Below, piece after piece: positions 39,647-63,467 of a DNA stretch of 64,000 nt. The DNA lies in NCBI GenBank assembly GCA_965242695.1, contig CBDESU010000001.1, forward strand, positions 96,001-160,000. Reading direction: 5' to 3'. Position 1 is the stretch's first letter. The number at the start of each line of letters is the position of its first letter. The translations under genes and the position numbers were made by a program. The notes under the pieces were generated by a model, which saw only the letters and a list, made by a program, of their open reading frames with translations, ran no database searches and was not told the origin of the DNA. Source of the DNA: Cenarchaeum sp. (GTDB lineage Archaea; Thermoproteota; Nitrososphaeria; Nitrososphaerales; Nitrosopumilaceae).

Positions 39647-39698
39647 CTAAATAATACGGGGGGGGGGGGGGCGCCGCCAACGGAGCAGAGGCAAGTTG
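39647..39698 (+). promoter_or_regulatory. Conserved promoter of surface gene B: CTAAATAAT + G14 tract + CGCCGCCAACGGAGCAG.GGCAAG-TTG
   Basis: Same block at 48269-48318 and 54334-54382 before paralogs C and D. Confidence 0.75.
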
Positions 39699-42600
39699 AA
39701 CCGTCATAGCATCTCACCGGATCGACTGCGATCGCCGTTGCCTGCCGCGGGCGGGTACCGAGGGGGGGGGGTGGCGGCCGCGGCAGCCTGCCTAGCCGTC
39801 TCCGCCTGTCTAGGGGCATCGGCGCTACATCCGCACGCGGCGCTGGATGCCGCCGTGTCCAGCGCCTTGGCGCCCTTGCCGTAGCCGCCTTGGCGATCGC
39901 CCTGGCCGCCTCGTTGCCGCAGCCGGCGATCTGGGACGGCGTTGCCGTTGGCGGCGGCAGTCTGCTAGCCCTGCATATGGACCGCGCCGCCCCCGATGGT
40001 GCCCTCTCGTGGCCTGCGCCGATGCAGCAGATGCTGCTTTTGCCGGCAGCGCATGCAAACCACCCGGCCGCGTATGGCGACTACTATTGGCCGTGCTACT
40101 GGTATCCCAGGACCGACCCCAGCGGCATAGGAAACGCGCACTCGCCCACCTTGGAGTTTTACAACACATCCGCCAACAGCGCGTACAGTGACGGCTACGG
40201 CGCCACGTACAAGATCGGCGACAACATCACCATCCGTAGTAGGGATAGCGCAGTAAACCACGCCGGGTCCGTCTATCCACACACGCGGCTTGCGCTCGAG
40301 ACGGGGGACGTCGACCGGTTTGCCGTCTATTCGTGGCACGACAGCAATAGCGTGGTCTACTACAGGTACACCGTCCAGCCTGGCGACTATTCCGACGATC
40401 TGGGCTACAGGGCGTCCACTGAGGCGGCGTGGGGGGGAGCGATGCACTGGGGGAACCCACGTGGGGACCCCTACCATAAAAACGCGCTTGACTACAGCAG
40501 CCGCACTGAGGCCCAAAAGAAAGCGGCCAACTGCTGGCTGTCGACCCCGGGCGCCTCGGACTACACGCCTCAACTGCCTTCCACCAGTGTTCCCAATCCC
40601 CCAACCGTGCCGTCGCTATCGTTTAAGTACGATGTCGTAGTCGACGGCATCATACCGCGCGTCGAGAACGTCACAATGGCGAGCGGCGCGTACGGGGCGG
40701 GCTCGCAGCTCAACGTCACCGTCAACCTTGCCGAGCCGGTCTTCGCGTACGGGCCGCCGCCGTCGCTGGTCCTTGCGCTTGACGGCGGGAACAGGACGAT
40801 CCCGTACCTGGATGGCAACGAGACGAGATCGCTCGTATTCAGATACATGGTCATGGCGGACGACCTTGCAGACGGCCTGGACTATGCGGGGGCGGGCGCC
40901 CTCGTCCCTGCGGCAGGCGGCATCCTGACGGACTATGCCGGCAACAACGCGAGCCTGGCGCTGCCCGAGCCGGGATCGCCCGGCTCGCTCGGCGCGACCT
41001 CTAACGTCAGCATAACTGCCGCATCGGGGGTGGTGGCGGCGGTCGGCTCGCCCCTGCCCGACGGCACGTACCCCGCGGGATACAGGATCGAGGTGGCCGT
41101 CAACTTTACCGAGCCCGTCGTATACTCGGGCGCGGCTCCGCCGTCGCTGGTACTCAACTTCAGCGGCTCTAACCGGACGGCCTCTTACATGTCGGGCAAC
41201 GACACGCGGTCGCTCGTGTTCGAATACACGGTGCAGCCCGGCGACCCGCGGGTCGCACGCCTGGACTATGCGGGGGCAAGCGCGCTGCAGGCCGGCACTG
41301 GCCTGAGCGACAGGGCCGGCGATTCCGTCGATATAGTCCTGCCATGGCAGAGCGGGGCAGGACAGCTCGGCAGCTCGCACAGCATCGCGATAGACGCGGC
41401 GGCGGCCGCATACGTCACGGCGGTCGGCTCGCCCGGCGGCGACTCTGCGTACAAGCTAGACGACACCGTCCGCATCGCTGTCGACTTTTCGGCCCCCGTC
41501 GCCGTCGCGGGCGCGCCGGCGCTTGCGCTTGCGACCGATCCGCCGCGCAGCGCCTCGTACGCGGGCGGCAGCGGCACCGGCACCCTAGAGTTCAACTATA
41601 CAGTGCGGCAGGGCGATGCCGTTGCCGGCCTGGACTATGCCGGCGTCAGGGCCCTGTCACTGGAGGACGGCGCGTCGATACGCCTTGACGCGCAGGGCGG
41701 AGGCGGCCCGGCCGCCCTCTTGGCCCTGCCGGCGCCAAGCGGCCCGGGCTCGCTCGGACGCGCCCTGGACATTGCAATAGACGGCGCCGCGCCGAATGTG
41801 ACGGGCGTCGAGTCGGCGAGCCCCGACGGCACGTACGGCACGGGCCGGATCGTCGCCATTACCGTAACCTTTGACGAGCCCGTGGTCGTCGAGGGCTCGC
41901 CAGAGCTGAGGCTTGCGACCGTGCCGCCGCGCAGCGCCTCGTACGCGGGCGGCACCGGCACGGCAGAGCTGGCGTTCTGGTATGCGGTGCAGCCGGGCGA
42001 CTCGGCGCCCCGCCTAGAGTACGCGGGGGATGATGCACTCGACTTGGGCGGCGGCGCCTCGTCGATCCGAGATGCCGCCGGCAACGCCGCAAACCTGACC
42101 ATGCCGGCCCCCGGGTCGAACCGCTCGCTGGGCGTCTCGGCAAGCATCGACGTGCACGGGCACGAGGCGCCGATGATTGCCGCGGCCGGCCGCGCCGGCA
42201 GCGATTCGCCCAACGGCGTGGCGGCCTTTGAGCTGAACGGCACCACGTACGCCGCCGTTGCAGCGTCTCACTACGGCGCCAATTCTCAAACTGGTCAGGG
42301 TGGCGGCGGCGTGCAGCTGTTCCGCGTGGACGGCAGCGGCGCGCTGGCCGCCGCCGGCGTGATCAGAGACGATCAGGATGCGCCAGGCCTTGCAGTAGTC
42401 GTCGATATCGATGCGCTCACCGTGGGCGACACCACATACCTCGCCACGGCGTCATGGGATGCACACGGCGTGCAGCTGGTCCTTGTGGACGGCGGCGGCG
42501 CCCTCTCGGCGGGGGGGCGGGCGCAAAACGGCGTAGGCGGCTTCGATACGCTCTACGGATCGGAGGGTGTCGACGTCTTTGCCATGAACGGCACCGTGTA

Positions 42601-43786
42601 CGTCCTTGCCACGTCGAGCCATGCGTACCAATTCGGCGGCGTGCAGCTGATCCGCGTGGATGGCAGCAGCCTTGAGCGCGCGTACTCACTACGCGATGAC
42701 AACGCCTCAGCGCTGGTGCAGGCCGGTGCCCTGCCCAACGAAGGCGCACTTGCACTGCGCAGCGCCCGGGGAGTGGACGTGTTCGAGATGGCCGGCGACG
42801 GCGGCGGCGGCGCGTCCGGCAACCGCACCTACGCCGTCGTAGCCTCGGGGGATGGGATGGGCGCCGTGCAGCTGATCCGCGTGCACGAAAACGGCACGCT
42901 GGCGCCGGCCGACTCGCTGCGCAAGGTCAACAACACCGATCTGGAACTCCAGGGCGCCAAAGGCATAGATGCGTTCAAGACTGCCGGCAACCGCACATAC
43001 GCCATCGTGGCCGGGTACGCCGACAACGGCGTGCAGCTCGTCCGCGTGCACGAAAACGGCACGCTGGGGGCGGCAGGCTGGCTCCGCGACACCCCCGCCC
43101 TGACCCTAGAAAAGCCCAGGGGGGTCCGCGCGTTTGACATGGGCAACCGCACGTACGCAGCCGTGACCTCGGAATTTGACGACGGCGTGCAGCTCGTCCG
43201 CGTGCACGAAAACGGCACGCTCTCCCCGGCCGGGATGGTCGTCGAGGGCCCGGGATTCAGATTCAACACGGCCCACGGCATCGACGTGTTTGCCGCGGGC
43301 AACCACACGTACGCCATCGTGACCTACCAGGACAGATACGAACACGAACGGAGCACTTACTCAAACAACCTCAAAGGCGAAGTCCAGGTGATCCGGCTTT
43401 CGCCGGCGTCCGTGGAGAGCGTATCGACCTCCCTGCCCGACGGCGACGCGTACCGGGAGGGGCACCGGTTCAACGTCACCGTCGGATTTGACCTGCCGGT
43501 CTCCGTCTCTGATCCGCCGCCCTCGCTGGTGCTCTCGCTCGGCGGCGGCGGCGGCGCCGACGGCGGCGGCGGAATCCGCCTTGCCGCGGAATACTTGGAC
43601 GGCGACGGGACGGACTCGCTCGTGTTCAACTACACGGTGGGGCCCGGAGACGAAGCGTTCGGCTCTCTGCGCCACTCGGGCGCCGGCTCCGTGGCAGTGC
43701 TCGGCGACGTGGCAGACGCGCGGGGGAAGGGACCCTCGAACTGGCTGGTGATGCCGCCGTCCAGGGCGACGTGGTCGTGGATCTGA
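39696..43786 (+). CDS. Giant surface protein B, part 1 (leader from TTG 39696 is out of frame at G10 39762-39771; main ORF 39890..43786: variable tip, Ig-like repeats, 7-blade propeller)
   Basis: Leader MNRH..SPDR.RSPLPAAG.YRGGG matches paralogs C and D; adding one G fuses it to ORF 39890. Confidence 0.8.
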
Positions 43787-45054
43787 TCGACCCCGGCAGG
43801 GGACCAGCGGCCGCCGACCTGGCTCTGCCTGGTCCGCCCACCCTCCTGCGCAATGTCGTACTCGACGGCGTCGCGCCGCGCGTGGTCGGCATCGCCGAGT
43901 CCGATCCAAAGGGCGCTCCGTACAAGAAGGACGACTCGATCGGGATAGCGATCACATTCCACGAGCCCGTCGTGATCTCTGCAGGGGCCACTCCCTCGCT
44001 CCGCCTTGCGCTCGGCGGGGGCGCCACGGCCGCGGCCGCGCTCGACCGCCAGGCCGACGGCGGTCGCACGCTAGTCTTTGCCTATGCGGTGGAGGACGGC
44101 GACATGGCGAGTCCCCTCGACTACGACGGCGCCGGGGCCCTGTCGCTCCCCGACGGCGGGACCATGGAGGATGCGCTCGGCAACGCGGCCGACCTGGCCC
44201 TGCCGTTCGCCAAGGGGCGGGGGCTGCTCGCCGCCGCCGGGATCGAAATCGACACCGAGCCGCCGCGCGTCGTGTCCGTGTCCTCGCCCGACAGAGGCGG
44301 CGCGTACGTAGCGGATGCAAAAATCAACATCACCGTGTCCTTTGGCGAGGACGTCTACGTGACGGGGACGCCGACGCTGGCGCTCTCGACGAGCCCCGCC
44401 AGGAGCGCATTGTACGTCGGGGATGCGGACGGGGGCGCCGATCTCGAGTTCCTCTACACGGTGCAGCCGGGAGACATCGCGGGCAGCCTAGACTATGCGA
44501 GCGCCGACGCGCAGTCCCTAGGAGGCGGCACCATACAGGACGCGGCCGGCAACGACGCCGTACGGAATCTGCCCTCGCGCGGCGGCTCGGACTCGCTCGC
44601 GGCCTCGGGGATATCAATCGACGCCGCGGCGCCCAAGGTGCGGTTGGCCGAGGCCGAGTTTCGGGACCGCATACGCGTCACGTTCGACGGCGGGCCCGTC
44701 TCGTCCGGCAGTACGGACGCCTCGGCCGGCTGGTCGATATCGGGGCCGAGCGCGGGGGGCCTGTCGATAGCCGACTATAGGCCGATACCGCAGGGCGCGC
44801 CGCTCACCGAGATCGTGCTCAAGCTCGACGGACACCTGCCGGACACGGCCCCCGGCATCGTTCTGTCCTACAACGCGAGCATCGGCGGCATCGCCGACGC
44901 GGCCGGCAATGCCGCTGCAAAGCAGGACCGGTATGGCCGTGGCCGACCGCATGCGGCCAGAGTTTGTCGAGGCGCTGATCACGGGGCCGCGCGAGGTCAC
45001 GATCGACTATACCGAGCCTGTCGCGGCATCGCCTGGCGCCTACTCGAATCTTGA
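43771..45054 (+). CDS. Giant surface protein B, part 2 (Ig-like repeats), between frameshifts at ~43760 and ~44912
   Basis: Continues the repeat architecture (AADLALPG..V.LDGVAPRV) colinear with paralog C. Confidence 0.75.
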   Translation: MVVDLIDPGRGPAAADLALPGPPTLLRNVVLDGVAPRVVGIAESDPKGAPYKKDDSIGIAITFHEPVVISAGATPSLRLALGGGATAAAALDRQADGGRTLVFAYAVEDGDMASPLDYDGAGALSLPDGGTMEDALGNAADLALPFAKGRGLLAAAGIEIDTEPPRVVSVSSPDRGGAYVADAKINITVSFGEDVYVTGTPTLALSTSPARSALYVGDADGGADLEFLYTVQPGDIAGSLDYASADAQSLGGGTIQDAAGNDAVRNLPSRGGSDSLAASGISIDAAAPKVRLAEAEFRDRIRVTFDGGPVSSGSTDASAGWSISGPSAGGLSIADYRPIPQGAPLTEIVLKLDGHLPDTAPGIVLSYNASIGGIADAAGNAAAKQDRYGRGRPHAARVCRGADHGAARGHDRLYRACRGIAWRLLES

Positions 45055-48000
45055 CATTGGGGGAGTCGTGCGCGCACTGGAGCCGCACGATACCGCGGCC
45101 CTCCGCCAGCACGTGCTCGGCTTTTCCGGCGCCGAGGCGCCCATCCCAGAGCCGCCCAGTACAATAACGATAGACAAGCGCGCCGTGCTCGACGAGGCCG
45201 ATCCTCCGAACTCCCTCGGCGACAACGCCTCCGCCGTGGAGATCCGCGACGGGCGGGTGCTGGAGGTGTACTCGTCAAGGATCACGGATCTAGACACGGC
45301 CGTCATTACGTACACCCGAAACGCCGCGGCGCCTCAGGACGCCTACTCGTCGCTCGTGGTCGCCGGGCAGCCCCGAAACATAACGGATCTGGGCGGGGGC
45401 GGCAGCAGCGGCGGCCACATCCACACGATCACATTCTCGCCGGCCGGCGCGCCGCCGAACGCGACCGGCAGCATCGTCATCAACGGCACTGCCGTCACGT
45501 CGCCGTCGGAGCCCGGCATGCGGCTTGGCGGCGGTACGATCAGGGCCGCTCTGTCCGACGGCCAGTCTCCCTCTGCACTCAGCGCCACGGCCGTCTCGCT
45601 CGACACCATACGGATCTCATTCGACGAGGCCATACTGGCACCGGGCACGAGCGCCGCCGGCTGGTCCGTGTCGGGAGGCGATGCGGCCGGCATTGCCGTC
45701 GCATCCAGCCGGGATGCCTCGGATCCGTCAAACACGCTCACGCTGACCCTCGACGGCCCCCTGCCAGACACCGCGCCGGACTCGATAACCCTCTCGTACC
45801 ACCCTGCCGCCGGCAGCGTCGAGGATGAGGCAGGCAACGCGCTTGTCGCCTCGTCGACTGCCCTCGTCGACGGGATCGCCCCGGTCGTCAGACATGCCGT
45901 CTTTTCGGGGCCCAACGAGGCCGAAGTACGATACACAGAGCCCGTGTGGGCCTCGCCCGGCGCGTACGCATCCGTCGAGCTGTCCTCGGGCGGGGATCCG
46001 CGCCCCGTTACGGGACTGGTGGGAAACGGGACGGCCATGCACACGGTATCGTTCGGCGGCAATCCCGTGGGCCTGGACGAGACCGGCATGCTAGAGGTGG
46101 ATGCGGCGGCCATTCGGGATGAGGCCATGCTCCCGCTCGGCGAGGACGGCCCGATCGAGCTGGGCGACACCCAGCCGCCGTCGGTCCGCAGCGCCACGGC
46201 CGTCTCACTCGACACCATACGGGTCGTGTTCGACGAGCCCGTGCTGGCGCCGGGCACGGACGCCGCCGGGTGGTCGGTGTCGGGCGGCGATGCGGCCGGC
46301 ATTGCAGTCGCCTCGAGCCAGGACGCTGCAGTGCCGTCGGACTCGCTTACGCTGGCCCTAAGCGGCCCGCTGCCGGACACGGCGCCGGATGGGGTATTGC
46401 TCGTGTACGATCCGGCCGCCGGCAGCGTAGAGGACAGGGCGGGCAACGCGCTTGCCGCCTCGTCGACTGCCGTCGCCGACGGGATTGCCCCCTCGATCGC
46501 ATCGGCCTTTGTCGCGGGGCCCAGCGAGGCCGAGGTACGGTATACGGAGCCCGTGTGGGCCTCGCCCGGCGCGTACGCATCCGTATCGCTGTCCTCGGGC
46601 GGGGATCCGCGCCCCGTTGAGGGGCTGGAGGGGAACGGGACTGCGGCGCACACCGTCTCGTTTGGGGGCGAGGCTGTCGGGCAGGGGACGACCGGCTCGC
46701 TCGTGATGGATGCGACGGCCGTCCGCGATGCGGCCATGCTGCCGATCGGCTCGGACGCGGTGCTCCGGGTCGGACTGGCAGGCGAGGCGCCTGCGGTGGT
46801 GCAGCCCGGCGAGGCCACCGCCAAAGCGGTGTTTGCGGCCCGCAACACCGTATCCATAACGTACTCTGCGCCGCTGGGCCCCCCGGCGGGCCACTCCGGC
46901 CCCGTGTACACCGAGGTTGCGATCAACGGGCAAGGCGGCGGCACGCGCCCCGTGTCGGGCGTAGAGGGGCTGGGAACCGCAATGCACACGGTCGCGTTCG
47001 GCGGGGCCGGCGTGAACGGGAGCCAGACGGGGACGATCGTACTTGCAGTCGGACTAGAGGGGGCGGCCGGCGGCGACAATGGCGACCGGCCGCGGTTCGC
47101 GGCGGGTGCGATACCCGTGTCGTCTGGCAGGACCATTCAGACCGTCCTGCTCTCGCAGCCGCAGCAGGGGCAGGGGCAAATGCCGGTCCGGATCGAGCCC
47201 GACGGCTTTACCCGGACGGTCGACGGGACGGCGGCCGGCAGTTCGGCGCGCCTTGCCATCAACGTGACGGGGCTGGCCCAATCATCGGCCGATCCGGGCA
47301 CGGCCGTGTTCCCCGCCGAGCCGGTCACGCTGGCCGCCTCTTTCGCCCGGGTGACGTTCCCGCCCGGCGTGACCGCAACGTCCGTCCCCGCCGGCGGCGC
47401 AATCTCGCTGTACGTGGACGCCGCTACAGCAGAGAACGCCACCTCTGCACTGGGGTATCCGGCCGCCGGCAGGCTCGTACTGCGGACGATCGTAGAGGTC
47501 GGAGGAAGCCAAGCGCCGGTCCTGTTCGACATGCCCGTCCGAATATCCCTCGAGGGGCAGGCCGGCGGCCGCGCGTTCTACATCGAGGGCGGCGCGGACG
47601 GCGTGGCCAAGCCGATCGACCTGGCATGCGCGGCCGACGACACCGACAGAGTCCACCGCCAGCTCGGCGGCATGGGCGAGTGCAGGATCGAATCGGGCGA
47701 CGACCTGGTCATACACACGTACCACCTGACGCGGTTCGGCACCGTCGCATCCGATCGCGGCACGCCGCCTCCCGTCGTCCACACGTGCTCGCTGCGCCTC
47801 GGCGAGACCGACCTGGCGGTGCCGGCCGCCCCAGGCGCCTATTCCAAGGCCGTGCGCCAGGCCGTGGTCAACTCTGGCTCGCAGCCGTTCGATCGCGTCG
47901 CGCTCGATGCGACCCCGTGGTACATCGACCCCGTCTCGGATGCACCGGACGCGGGCGCGCCGTCCCTGCCGGCCTCGCTTACGGTGTCGAGCGGCACGGG

Positions 48001-48163
48001 GCAGGGCGGGCAGTTTGCGCCCCTGCCGGGCGCCGTCGCGGACGGGCTTGGCGGCGGGCAGGAAGAGCCGCTGTGGCTTGCAATCAACCTGACGGGGCAC
48101 GCCCAAGTGAACGGAACGCGGCTCGTGCAGGACGTCGCGTACACGGCAGAGTGCGGCGGCTAG
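44909..48163 (+). CDS. Giant surface protein B, part 3 (second type of Ig-like repeats, HLTRF domain, terminal domain)
   Basis: Internal duplication SATAVSLDTIR..FDE..SVED.AGNAL; conserved C-terminal module ending YTAECGG. Confidence 0.85.
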   Translation: MPLQSRTGMAVADRMRPEFVEALITGPREVTIDYTEPVAASPGAYSNLDIGGVVRALEPHDTAALRQHVLGFSGAEAPIPEPPSTITIDKRAVLDEADPPNSLGDNASAVEIRDGRVLEVYSSRITDLDTAVITYTRNAAAPQDAYSSLVVAGQPRNITDLGGGGSSGGHIHTITFSPAGAPPNATGSIVINGTAVTSPSEPGMRLGGGTIRAALSDGQSPSALSATAVSLDTIRISFDEAILAPGTSAAGWSVSGGDAAGIAVASSRDASDPSNTLTLTLDGPLPDTAPDSITLSYHPAAGSVEDEAGNALVASSTALVDGIAPVVRHAVFSGPNEAEVRYTEPVWASPGAYASVELSSGGDPRPVTGLVGNGTAMHTVSFGGNPVGLDETGMLEVDAAAIRDEAMLPLGEDGPIELGDTQPPSVRSATAVSLDTIRVVFDEPVLAPGTDAAGWSVSGGDAAGIAVASSQDAAVPSDSLTLALSGPLPDTAPDGVLLVYDPAAGSVEDRAGNALAASSTAVADGIAPSIASAFVAGPSEAEVRYTEPVWASPGAYASVSLSSGGDPRPVEGLEGNGTAAHTVSFGGEAVGQGTTGSLVMDATAVRDAAMLPIGSDAVLRVGLAGEAPAVVQPGEATAKAVFAARNTVSITYSAPLGPPAGHSGPVYTEVAINGQGGGTRPVSGVEGLGTAMHTVAFGGAGVNGSQTGTIVLAVGLEGAAGGDNGDRPRFAAGAIPVSSGRTIQTVLLSQPQQGQGQMPVRIEPDGFTRTVDGTAAGSSARLAINVTGLAQSSADPGTAVFPAEPVTLAASFARVTFPPGVTATSVPAGGAISLYVDAATAENATSALGYPAAGRLVLRTIVEVGGSQAPVLFDMPVRISLEGQAGGRAFYIEGGADGVAKPIDLACAADDTDRVHRQLGGMGECRIESGDDLVIHTYHLTRFGTVASDRGTPPPVVHTCSLRLGETDLAVPAAPGAYSKAVRQAVVNSGSQPFDRVALDATPWYIDPVSDAPDAGAPSLPASLTVSSGTGQGGQFAPLPGAVADGLGGGQEEPLWLAINLTGHAQVNGTRLVQDVAYTAECGG

Positions 48164-48268
48164 GCGGGGCGGCGGCAGCTGCGGGAGCAACCTCTGCCGT
48201 CCCTGCGGGGAGGCGGCGGATGCGCCGCCTAGGGATGTGGCCTTGACCCACGTTGCCGCACCATCACA

Positions 48269-48318
48269 CTAAATAATACGGGGGCGGGGGGCGCCGCCAA
48301 CGGAGCAGAGGCAAGTTG
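48269..48318 (+). promoter_or_regulatory. Conserved promoter of surface gene C (interrupted tract G5CG6)
   Basis: CTAAATAATAC-GGGGGCGGGGGG-CGCCGCCAACGGAGCAGAGGCAAGTTG. Confidence 0.7.
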
Positions 48319-49655
48319 AACCGTCATAACGACTCGCCAGATCGACCCCGATCGCCGTTGCCGGCCGCGGGCGAGTACCGAGGGGGGGGGGGCGGCGGCC
48401 GCGGCCGCGACAGCCTGTCAAAACGCCTCGGCCCGTCTAGGGGCACCACCGCGGCATCCGCACGCGGAGCAGTGTGCCGCCATGTGCCACGCCTTGGCGC
48501 CCTTGCAGTAGCCGCCCTGGCGATCGCACTGGCCGCCTCCGCCTCGGCATCGACTGCCGCATGGCAGGACAACGGCGTACTGCCGCATCTGCCGGCCGCG
48601 TATGCGGACCCCCATTATCAGCCGTGCATCTTTCAGCCGCATGGCAGCTCTGATGGCTCTCAGCATACGGTTTTGTATAGGTTCGTCTCGCCCGACGACA
48701 CGTACGGCATAGGCGAGACCATCACTATCAGGAGTGACAGGGTCCAGGGCCACGGCACTGGGGGTGGCCATCAGCACTCGCGGCTTGCACTCGAGACGGG
48801 CGACGTTGACCGGTTTGCCGTGCACAGCAGGACAGTGAACTCGAACCACCTCGAATACGTGTACACCGTCCAGCCCGGCGACTATTCCGACGACCTGGAC
48901 TACAGGTCGTCCAATGCGGCGCACTGGCGGGATCCGGGCACCGGCGGAAACCACTTTGCCAACTGCTGGCTGTCGTCCCCCGGCACCAACGACTACGACC
49001 CCATCCTGACGGACCAGCAGAACGGCCTCGGCGACAAGTCGCTTTCGGTGGATCGCACCGTCCGAGTCGACGGCATCATACCGCGCGTGGAGGGCGTCAC
49101 AACGGCAAGCGGCGCGTACGGGGCGGGATCGCAGGCAAACGTCACCGTAAACTTCGGCGAGCCCGTCTTCGCATCGGTTCCGCCGCCGTCGCTGGTCCTT
49201 GCCCTGGAAAAAGGGGGAAACAGGACGATCCCGTACCTGGATGGCAACGAGACGAGCTCGCTAGTCTTCAACTATACGGTGCGGCCGGGCGACCTTTCCG
49301 ACGACCTGGACTACGCGGGGACGGGATCCCTCGTCCTTGCGGTAAACGGCAGCCTGGTCGACGTTGCCGGCAACAACGCAAGCCTGGCGCTGCCCGAGCC
49401 CGGCTCGCCCGGCTCGCTCGGCGCCACCTCCAACGCGAGCATAACGGCCGCACGGGGCGAGGCGGCGGGAGTCGACTCTCCACTTCCCGACGGCACGTAC
49501 CCCGCGGGCCACCGGATCGAGGTCGTCGTCAGCTTCAACGAGCCCGTCGTGTACTCGGGGGCGCCGCGTCGCTGGACCTCGACCTGGACGGCGCAAGCCG
49601 GACGGCATCGTACGCGTCGGGCAACAACACGCGGCAGCTCTCCTTCCACTACACG

Positions 49656-54272
<4,617 letters not shown>

Positions 54273-54333
54273 GCGGGGGCGGGGGCGCCCCCAGCCCGAC
54301 CATCACACTAAATAATACGGCCGCCCCGACAGA

Positions 54334-54382
54334 CTAAATAATGGGGGGGGGGGGGCGCCGCCAACGGAGCAGTGGCAAGTTG
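54334..54382 (+). promoter_or_regulatory. Conserved promoter of surface gene D (G13 tract; second CTAAATAATA at 54308)
   Basis: CTAAATAAT-G13-CGCCGCCAACGGAGCAGTGGCAAGTTG. Confidence 0.7.
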
Positions 54383-54933
54383 AGCCGTCATAACTACTCG
54401 CCAGATCGACCCCGATCGCCGTTGCCGGCCGCGGGCGGGCACCGAGGGGGGGGGGGCGGCGGACGCGGCAGCCTGCCTAGGCGCCTCTGTCCGCCTAGGG
54501 GCATTGGCGCGGCATCCGCGTGCGGCTCGGGGTGCAGCCGCGCGTCGCGCCTTGGCACTCTTGCCGTAGCCGCCCTGGCGGTAGCCTTGGCCGCCTCTAT
54601 ACCGCCGGCGATCTTGGACGGCATCGCACCTTCTGCCCCGCATCAGGACCGCGCCGCCCCGGGCATCTTCCCGGGGCCACTGCACCTCGCGCATCTGCTG
54701 CTGCCGGCGGCGCATGCGGACCCCCACTACGGGCCGTGCGTCTATTTTCCCAAGAGCACCGACATAGGCGTCGGGTATACGGTCGTCCTGTCGTTCGTGA
54801 CTCGCGATGGCTTGTACGGAATAGGCGAGACCATCGTCATCAACGCACATAGGACGACCGGACACGGCGATGGCGAGCCTCTTAGGCACTCGCGGATTGC
54901 GCTAGAGACGGGGAACGTCGACCGGTTTGCTGT

Positions 54934-63111
<8,178 letters not shown>

Positions 63112-63287
63112 TCCTGGGCGGCCAGCCGGCGGGCGCCAGCCGCCCGCATTCGCAGATGCTCCTCCCTGCCACAACCGATGCGCTGCGGCGGAGCGGGCCG
63201 GGCGCCGCAGCCCGGATCGCGGCCCCGCGCAGGCGCAGGAGCGGGCGGAGCGAAGGGTTTTTAACCAAACCGCAGGCCGCGCGCGCC

Positions 63288-63461
63288 GTGAGCTCAAGCA
63301 AGAAGAAGAAGGGCGCGCCGCTGCCGGCATCTAGCGCCGGACTGCTGCGGTTCTTTGAGGACGAGACGAAGGGGTTCAAGGTGAGCCCAAAGATCGTCAT
63401 TACCATACCGATCGGACTCGTGGTCGGATCGTGGCTCATGGAGATATTCCTGGTACCGTGA
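63288..63461 (+). CDS. Preprotein translocase subunit Sec61beta (archaeal SecG analogue)
   Basis: GTG start; KKKKGAPLPASSAGLLRFFEDETKGFKVSPKIV plus one TM helix; TTTTTAA 30 nt upstream. Confidence 0.92.
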   Translation: MSSSKKKKGAPLPASSAGLLRFFEDETKGFKVSPKIVITIPIGLVVGSWLMEIFLVP

Positions 63462-63467
63462 GGCCCA

